A DNA stretch of 64,000 bases from Candidatus Hydrogenedentota bacterium. Lineage in GTDB: Bacteria > Hydrogenedentota > Hydrogenedentia > Hydrogenedentales > SLHB01. Position numbers and translations under genes: made by a program. Shown in pieces: positions 57,914 to 64,000 of the stretch (within the stretch, counting starts at the first letter, position 1; each line of letters begins with the position of its first letter). The stretch is from positions 512,001-576,000 of the forward strand of contig CAXXTH010000017.1 in NCBI GenBank assembly GCA_963668025.2, written 5' to 3'. Under the pieces are notes generated by a model. That model was not told the DNA's origin. It worked only from the letters and a program-made list of their open reading frames with translations, and made no database searches.

Positions 57914-59170
57914 TTAAAAAACCAAACCTGGCGCTCCATAGTGCTCCATCAGCCAGGTGCGCGCTTCCCCGACCGTGAACACGGACCCCGTGATCACGAA
58001 TGGCAGGCCCGCATGGGCATGGGCCATGCCATAATCCACCGCTTCGCCTAGCCGCTCGAAGCGGCGGTGCGGACGCCCATGCGCCGCCGCGCATAACACA
58101 TCCACCGGCAACGACCTCGAACCGGCATACTGCGTCAACAGCAATTCCGCCGCGTACGGCGCTAATTCGTCTATCATGCGCTCCGCGGCTTTATCGCCCG
58201 ATACAGCCATCATAATAATCGATGGCCCGAGCTGCGGCGCAAGCTGCTGGGCTCCGCTGTAATTATGCGCGACATCCATGATGACGGGCGGCGTTTCAAG
58301 CACGCGCTCGAAACGGCCCGGCCATCGCGCCTGGGACAACCCTTGGGCGATAGCTCCCGCAAGGAGCCGGGGAAACTGCTCCCGGAGCGTTTCCGCCACG
58401 GCCACGGCCACGGCTGCGTTCACGCCTTGATATGCTCCCTGGAGTCCTAGATCAACCGGGCCAATACGCAGACGTTCGCTTTCGTACGTAAAACGGCCAC
58501 CAGCCAGCGCGTAATGAAAATCACGGCCCAGCAGTTTCGCGGGGCTATCCAGGGCGCGCGCCTGTTCAAGAATGACGCCAAGCGGCCCGAGGTGGGTTTC
58601 CGATACCACCACCGGCACGCCGGGCTTAATAATCCCCGCCTTCTCGAAGGCAATCAACTCCAGCGTTTCGCCGAGGTATTGAGTATGCTCCAGGCCGATA
58701 TTCGTAATGGCGGCGCATGCCGGGGTGATCACATTCGTCGAATCGAACCGCCCGCCAAGGCCCACTTCAATGAGGCCCATGTCCACCCGCTGCTCCGCGA
58801 ACCACCGGAAGCACGCCGCCGTGGCGGCTTCAAAAAAAGTAGGATTGGGCTGCATGGGTTCCGCGATGCGGCGGACAAACGCAAGCTGGCGGTCCAGCTC
58901 ATCATCACGGATCGGGGCGGCGTTCAACAAAAAACGCTCGTTCAATGTAATGAGATGGGGGCTGGTGAAGCGCCCCGTCGAGTAGCCAGCGGCGCGGAAT
59001 ATCGCATCGAGCATCGCCACGACGCTGCCCTTGCCGTTGGTGCCCGCCACATGGATGGAAGGAAACGCACGCTGGGGCTCGCCCGCCTGCTCGAGCAGAT
59101 ACCGGATATTGTCCAGCCCGAGTTTTATCCCGAACCGTTCAAGGCTATATAGATATGCCCGCGCATCCAA
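57914..59170 (-). CDS. folC: Folylpolyglutamate synthase/dihydrofolate synthase
   Basis: HVAGTNGKGS, FTSPHL, TFFE, EVGLGGRFDSTNV, EKAGIIK, WPGRFE, DVAHN. Confidence 0.95.
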   Translation of the reverse strand: MDARAYLYSLERFGIKLGLDNIRYLLEQAGEPQRAFPSIHVAGTNGKGSVVAMLDAIFRAAGYSTGRFTSPHLITLNERFLLNAAPIRDDELDRQLAFVRRIAEPMQPNPTFFEAATAACFRWFAEQRVDMGLIEVGLGGRFDSTNVITPACAAITNIGLEHTQYLGETLELIAFEKAGIIKPGVPVVVSETHLGPLGVILEQARALDSPAKLLGRDFHYALAGGRFTYESERLRIGPVDLGLQGAYQGVNAAVAVAVAETLREQFPRLLAGAIAQGLSQARWPGRFERVLETPPVIMDVAHNYSGAQQLAPQLGPSIIMMAVSGDKAAERMIDELAPYAAELLLTQYAGSRSLPVDVLCAAAHGRPHRRFERLGEAVDYGMAHAHAGLPFVITGSVFTVGEARTWLMEHYGAPGLVF

Positions 59171-59182
59171 GCTGGAGGCCGT

Positions 59183-60043
59183 TCAATGCCGTTCCCGCGG
59201 GCTTAAATAACGCAGGAGTTTGCCCAGGATAGTGCGGAGTTCCGTACGCGGCACAATCATGTCCACGAATCCGTTTTTAAATTGGTACTCCGCCGATTGA
59301 AAGCCTTCCGGCAGTTTAACTTTGAGAGCGCCTTCAATAAGCCGCGGACCGGCAAAACCCACATGCGCGCCCGGCTCCGCAATGGTGATATCGCCCAGGC
59401 TGGCGAAAGAGGCGTACACGCCCCCTGTCGTGGGATTGGTCAGTACGACGATATACGGTATCGCGGCGTCGTTCATGGCGCGCACGGCGTCGGAAGTCTT
59501 CGCCATTTGCATGAGGCTCAATATGCCTTCTTCCATGCGCGCGCCGCCTGAGGCGGTAATCACAATAAAGGGAATGCGTTCCTGGATGGCGTCTTCAGCA
59601 GCCCGGCAGAATTTTTCACCCAGGGCCGAGCCCATGCTTCCGCCACGAAACGAGAAATCCATCGCACCCAGCACCGTGCGTACGCTATCGATACAAGCGA
59701 AACCCGTCACCAACCCTTCATTCAAGCCCGACTTCTGTTTGCCCTGGAGAATCTTATCCGGATACGAATAGCCGACGGCCTCGATGACAAAGCCTAGGGG
59801 ATCCGCGCTCTCGATGCCGGCATGTGTTTCTTCGAACGTATCCGGATCGGCCAGCCAGGCGATGCGGCGGCGGGCCTTCACGCGGTAATGATATCCGCAT
59901 CCCGTGCAGACCATCTGGTTTTCACGCAAGTCACGATGGAAAATCACTTGCTTGCAGCCATCGCACTTGAGCACCAAGCCGGGAGGCACATTGCTCTTGC
60001 GGCCCACTACCGAAACGAAACGCCTACGACTTAAAAACGCCAT
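59183..60043 (-). CDS. accD: Acetyl-CoA carboxylase carboxyltransferase beta subunit
   Basis: C4 zinc finger, MDFSFRGGSMG...GEK, SGGARMEEG..SLMQMAK, PTTGGVYASFA, GFAGPR. Confidence 0.95.
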   Translation of the reverse strand: MAFLSRRRFVSVVGRKSNVPPGLVLKCDGCKQVIFHRDLRENQMVCTGCGYHYRVKARRRIAWLADPDTFEETHAGIESADPLGFVIEAVGYSYPDKILQGKQKSGLNEGLVTGFACIDSVRTVLGAMDFSFRGGSMGSALGEKFCRAAEDAIQERIPFIVITASGGARMEEGILSLMQMAKTSDAVRAMNDAAIPYIVVLTNPTTGGVYASFASLGDITIAEPGAHVGFAGPRLIEGALKVKLPEGFQSAEYQFKNGFVDMIVPRTELRTILGKLLRYLSPRERH

Positions 60044-60065
60044 GGCTGCGTGCTCCTCCCCCTGA

Positions 60066-60779
60066 TTACGCGTCCGCGCTTTCGAGATGGTCTATATCGT
60101 AGAGCAAACGCCCGCAATGATTACAGGCATGAATTTGGCCGGCCAGCACTTCGTTCACCAGTTGGGGAAGCACGCTCATGTTGCATCCAGAGCAATAATC
60201 GCCCCGAAGAGATACCACCGCATGGCCTGTCTTTTTGCTGGTGCGAATCCGATCATACCGGGAAAGCAGCGAGGGGGCCACCGCTTTCACCAGCGGGGCG
60301 CGCTGGTGTTCGAGGGCTTTCCGCGCATCGACAGCCTGCGCCAGTTCTTGGTCGATCATGTCGCATTCCTGGCCGATAGCCACCAGTTCGTTCTTGATGC
60401 GCTTGCGTTCTTCATCGAGCAGCGCCCGCGCTTCATCAATCTCCATCATGAGTGCGATGATGCGTTCTTCTTTTTGGGCGATATGCTTTTTGAGGGTGTC
60501 GATCTCATGCAGGAGGGCTTGGTATTCTTCGTTTTTCTTGATGGCGAGAAGCTGCTTGTCGTATTTAGTGATCTGCGTTTGCATCAGCTCGATATCCGAC
60601 TCGGCGGTGCGCTGTTGCACCTGGAACTCCTTGAGCACTTGCTCACGCTCCTCGAGTTCGGCGTTCAACCGTTTACGCTGCACATCAAATTTATTCTTCT
60701 GCTTTGGGATCTCAAATTCGCGGGCTTTATACGCCTCGATTTTGAGGTCCAGCTCTTGCAGGCGCAGCAACGTTTTCAA
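60066..60779 (-). CDS. Coiled-coil protein with C4 zinc ribbon (zf-RING_7 / CT398-like)
   Basis: LLRLQELD, KKNEEYQAL..EI, CSGCNM...CNHCGRLLY; TTG start 9 nt after GGAGG. Confidence 0.88.
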   Translation of the reverse strand: MKTLLRLQELDLKIEAYKAREFEIPKQKNKFDVQRKRLNAELEEREQVLKEFQVQQRTAESDIELMQTQITKYDKQLLAIKKNEEYQALLHEIDTLKKHIAQKEERIIALMMEIDEARALLDEERKRIKNELVAIGQECDMIDQELAQAVDARKALEHQRAPLVKAVAPSLLSRYDRIRTSKKTGHAVVSLRGDYCSGCNMSVLPQLVNEVLAGQIHACNHCGRLLYDIDHLESADA

Positions 60780-60963
60780 GCGGCATATCCTCCCTGGCTC
60801 AGAGACTCGAGGGGCAAGCGTAAACAAACTGGCCTCCCGCCTGGCCCCTATAGCGATTCAAATGAAACAAACCGCACCCCGGACCACAGCCCGCCAGACA
60901 CGGCCAGCCATTATCCACGTTTTAGACCTCTTCCGCAAGCCCGACACGCCTGGGAAGCATGCC

Positions 60964-61443
60964 CTACTTCGGAGAACGGGCGATAGCGACCTTGCCCGTG
61001 CGCACAAGCTCCTCCAGGCCGAAGGGACGCATCATGTCGATAAAGGCGCGCACTTTGCCCGCCGACCCCGTCACTTCGACGGTCATGGCGTTCTTGCCGA
61101 TGTCGATCACTTTCGCGCGGAAGATGTTGGCTACTTCAATAACTTCACTGCGGGAGCCATTGCCTGCGGCCACCTTGACCATGACAAGCTCCCGCTCGAC
61201 ATGATCCTCACTGGTCAGATCCAGCACTTCGATGGTATCCACGAGCTTGTTCAATTGCTTGACGATCTGTTCGAGCACTTGATCATCGCCGCGCACCACC
61301 ACCGTCATGCGGGAAACGGCGGGATCATCCGTTTCCGCTACGCATAAACTGTCAATGTTGTACCCACGGGCGCTAAAAAGCCCCGATACGCGGGCCAGCA
61401 CGCCAAAATGGTTCTCGACGAGAATGCTGATTGTATGCCTCAT
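60964..61443 (-). CDS. ilvN: Acetolactate synthase small (regulatory) subunit
   Basis: HTISILVEN.FGVLARVSGLFSARGYNIDSL, EQIVKQLNKL, ERELVMVKV, ELVRTG. Confidence 0.95.
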   Translation of the reverse strand: MRHTISILVENHFGVLARVSGLFSARGYNIDSLCVAETDDPAVSRMTVVVRGDDQVLEQIVKQLNKLVDTIEVLDLTSEDHVERELVMVKVAAGNGSRSEVIEVANIFRAKVIDIGKNAMTVEVTGSAGKVRAFIDMMRPFGLEELVRTGKVAIARSPK

Positions 61444-61485
61444 AGCGTTCTCCCCGCTGCCAGGCGGCGCTTCATCGCCTCCCGT

Positions 61486-62085
61486 TCAGCTTGCGCCAGT
61501 GTTAAACCGGTTCATGGCTGCTTCAATGCCTTCAGCCGCATAAACCAGCACCGCATCCGCACTGCGCTGGATCGCCTGCTGGATCTCCGGCTTCTCCTCG
61601 GGGGTGAAAGCGCTGAGCACATGGTCCGTAGCGCCTGCGCCCGGTTCATTGCGCCCAATGCCAATGCGCAGCCGGGGAAATGCATCCGAACCCAGATGCG
61701 CAATGATGGACTTCAACCCGTTGTGGCCGCCTGAACTGCCCTGCATGCGCACGCGAACGCGCCCCACCGGCAAATCCAGATCATCCACAATCACGAGGAT
61801 ATCCTGAAAATCCTCGATCCGGTTGCGCACCGCCTGCGCCACCGCCGCGCCGCTGTTGTTCATGAAGGTGAGCGGTTTTAACAACATCAACCGGCGACCC
61901 GCATGCGGCGCTTCCACAAATAGGCCTCCGAACTTCTCACGCGAAAAATCCACGCCGAGCCCAGAGGCCACTGCATCTAACACCATAAAGCCCACATTAT
62001 GCCGGGTGTTGCGGTATTTCGGGCCAGGATTGCCAAGCCCCACGATCAGCTTTCGGCTTGATGCCGCGCCATTGCCGCCATTCAC
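61486..62085 (-). CDS. pth: Peptidyl-tRNA hydrolase
   Basis: LIVGLGNPG..Y.NTRHNVGF, KPLTFMNNSG, DDLDL, GGHNGLKSI, RLRIGIG. Confidence 0.96.
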   Translation of the reverse strand: MNGGNGAASSRKLIVGLGNPGPKYRNTRHNVGFMVLDAVASGLGVDFSREKFGGLFVEAPHAGRRLMLLKPLTFMNNSGAAVAQAVRNRIEDFQDILVIVDDLDLPVGRVRVRMQGSSGGHNGLKSIIAHLGSDAFPRLRIGIGRNEPGAGATDHVLSAFTPEEKPEIQQAIQRSADAVLVYAAEGIEAAMNRFNTGAS

Positions 62086-62127
62086 GCCGCATGCCTCCCG
62101 TGGACCATCTTCAACAGGCGCGCCAGG

Positions 62128-62757
62128 CTATTCGCCGCCGCCTTCACCTTCTTCGCCTTCTTCACCCGCCGCACTGGACTTCTCTTCCGCCACACGCGGC
62201 GCAAGGACGCCGGCAATCGTGCGCTCGCCATCGGTCACGATAGTGACATTCGGCGGAACCGTGATATCCGACACGTGAAGGTTTTCACCTACGGCCAAAT
62301 GGCTGACATCGACCTGGAATGATTCCGGGATATCGAGGGCCAGGCATTCCACTTCCAATTCACGTAGATGGTGGTCCAGAATTCCGCCATCATTCACCAC
62401 GCCAATCGGGCGGCCCACCAACTCGAGGGGCACCAGCGTAATAATGCGCTCATCCAGCCGGATGCGGATAAAATCGGCATGCAGAAGGCTGCCGCGCACG
62501 GGATGATGTTGGATCGTCTTGAGGAGCGCGGGGCTGCTCAGCTCCGGCTTATCCGTCACATCAAGCTGCACGACCGCTTGCTCACCAGAACGGCGAAGCA
62601 GAAATTTCTCAAATTCGCGCGTATTGATTTCGATGCTCGCGGGTTCTTGGCCCCCGCCGTACAATACAGCCGGCACTGAACCGGTGAGGCGGGTGCGGCC
62701 TGCCGCGCCCTTGCCGCTCGTTTGGCGATTCTTCGCACTTAATACATGCAGTTCCAT
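62128..62757 (-). CDS. rplY: 50S ribosomal protein L25/Ctc
   Basis: GKGAA.R.R..G.VPAVLYG, QHHPV....HADF, acidic tail; lies between prs and pth. Confidence 0.93.
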   Translation of the reverse strand: MELHVLSAKNRQTSGKGAAGRTRLTGSVPAVLYGGGQEPASIEINTREFEKFLLRRSGEQAVVQLDVTDKPELSSPALLKTIQHHPVRGSLLHADFIRIRLDERIITLVPLELVGRPIGVVNDGGILDHHLRELEVECLALDIPESFQVDVSHLAVGENLHVSDITVPPNVTIVTDGERTIAGVLAPRVAEEKSSAAGEEGEEGEGGGE

Positions 62758-62781
62758 AGTCGTTTTTTGCCTCCAGCGAGT

Positions 62782-63729
62782 CTACTTGAACAATATGCTG
62801 ACCGATTCTTCCTCATGGATGCGGCGGATGGCTTCGCCCACAAGCGGGGCGATGGACAACACCTTGATTTTAGAGCAGGCCATAGCCTTCTCCGTGAGCG
62901 GTATCGAGTCGCTCACCACCACCTCATCCAGCACCGAATCGGCTATCAGGTTCAGCGCCTCTCCGCTGAACACTGCATGCGTGGCGCAAGCCGACACAGC
63001 CAATGCGCCCCGTTCTTTGATGGCGGCCGCCGCTTTTACTAACGTGCCGCCAGTATCAATAATGTCATCGAAAATCAACGCGTTCTTTCCGCTTACATCT
63101 CCGATCACATTCATCACTTCCGAGTGGTTCGCCTTGATGCGGCGTTTGTCCACAATCACGAGCGGAGCGTCGATCCGCCGCGCGAACTCGCGGATGCGGT
63201 GGACACTCCCCGTGTCCGGGCTTACCACCACCGGCTTATCCACGCCTTTGGATAAAAAATGCTCCGCAAACACGATATCCCCGCTCAAATGATCCACGGG
63301 AATATCGAAAAATCCTTGAATTTGCCCACAGTGCAGATCCACCGTCAATACGCGGTCCGCTCCTGCCGCAACTATCAGATTCGACACCAGCTTGGCTGTT
63401 ATGGAAACGCGGGGCTTGTCTTTCCGGTCTTGGCGGGCGTATCCAAAATAGGGCAGCACTGCCGTCACGCGCTTCGCCGATGCCCGGCGCGCCGCATCGA
63501 TTAAAATCAACAGCTCCATCAAATGGTCATTCACCGGCGGCGATGTGCTGTTTACGATAAATACATCGCAGCCGCGCACATTCTCTTGAATCTGCGTATG
63601 CACTTCACCATCTTTAAAACGAGACACGGACGCCTCGCCTTGTTTCATGCCGAGATGATTGCAAATTATCCCGCCCAAGGCAGTAGACGCCGAACCGCAA
63701 AAGATTTTCTTTTCGGAACTGAAAGACAC
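62782..63729 (-). CDS. prs: Ribose-phosphate pyrophosphokinase
   Basis: FKDGE, PYFGYARQDRK, DLH.GQIQGFF, VSPD, DDIIDTGGTL. Confidence 0.96.
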   Translation of the reverse strand: MSFSSEKKIFCGSASTALGGIICNHLGMKQGEASVSRFKDGEVHTQIQENVRGCDVFIVNSTSPPVNDHLMELLILIDAARRASAKRVTAVLPYFGYARQDRKDKPRVSITAKLVSNLIVAAGADRVLTVDLHCGQIQGFFDIPVDHLSGDIVFAEHFLSKGVDKPVVVSPDTGSVHRIREFARRIDAPLVIVDKRRIKANHSEVMNVIGDVSGKNALIFDDIIDTGGTLVKAAAAIKERGALAVSACATHAVFSGEALNLIADSVLDEVVVSDSIPLTEKAMACSKIKVLSIAPLVGEAIRRIHEEESVSILFK

Positions 63730-63753
63730 GGTAGATGCCCCGTTAATGGGTTC

Positions 63754-63828
63754 TGGCTGGGGCGGAAGGATTCGAACCTCCGAATGCCGGGACCAAAACC
63801 CGGTGCCTTACCGCTTGGCGACGCCCCA
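63754..63828 (-). tRNA. tRNA-Gln (anticodon TTG), CCA encoded
   Basis: Acceptor TGGGGCG/CGCCCCA, anticodon arm CCGGG-TTTTGGT-CCCGG, T-loop GGTTCGAATCC; usual position upstream of prs. Confidence 0.95.
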
Positions 63829-64000
63829 GCATAACAGCATACGCGCGGCAGCCCGGCTAAACGTAGGCTTCCATCGCGCAAACTACGCCAAAACAGATAG
63901 AAAGTATAGCAATCCCCCGCCTTCCAATGCAACCATATCCCATGGCCCACAGCGGTGAAGAATAGCGGCGCCCCAGGGTCAGGCGTTGAGGTGATGCGGG

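Noticed and set aside
60790-60960. Possible rnpB or other ncRNA next to the zinc-ribbon gene
   Set aside because: Too short and lacks the RNase P GAGGAAAGTCC signature; contains a plausible minus-strand promoter (TTGCGG-N17-GATAAT) instead.
63754-63828. tRNA-Gln as an integration site for the islands
   Set aside because: No duplicated tRNA 3' end or integrase seen; prs follows directly.

Overview
Chromosomal window from a GC-rich, flagellated, probably diderm (LPS-making) bacterium; the taxon cannot be fixed from sequence alone. From left to right it holds: the end of a flagellar operon (flgI-flgJ-flgN-flgL with a sigma28-type promoter, but no flgM or flgK); an AT-richer DUF4041/T5orf172 (PD-Lambda-1/SNIPE-like) nuclease gene truncated by an ISKra4-family IS; three large PAS hybrid histidine kinases and an Hpt protein; GT9 and GT2 glycosyltransferases and a Kdo-kinase-like gene; ispG; a B12-binding radical SAM gene; a complete moxR-DUF58-bat cluster; an oversized acyl-CoA dehydrogenase; aspS; peptidases; an AT-rich two-gene island (HsdR_N-like nuclease with a RAMA/DUF4357-like domain, plus a frameshifted gene); and a minus-strand housekeeping run tRNA-Gln-prs-rplY-pth-ilvN-zinc ribbon-accD-folC-pepP-efp-accB-accC, in which accC carries a 1-nt frameshift. 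The most striking non-coding signal is a modular repeat system at seven intergenic loci. It combines a GTAG-type REP palindrome with several ~9-bp-period tandem modules, always arranged as left and right inverted arms. One locus encloses the ~2-kb AT-rich nuclease island as cargo; the others are empty. All alignments and composition statements were made by eye.
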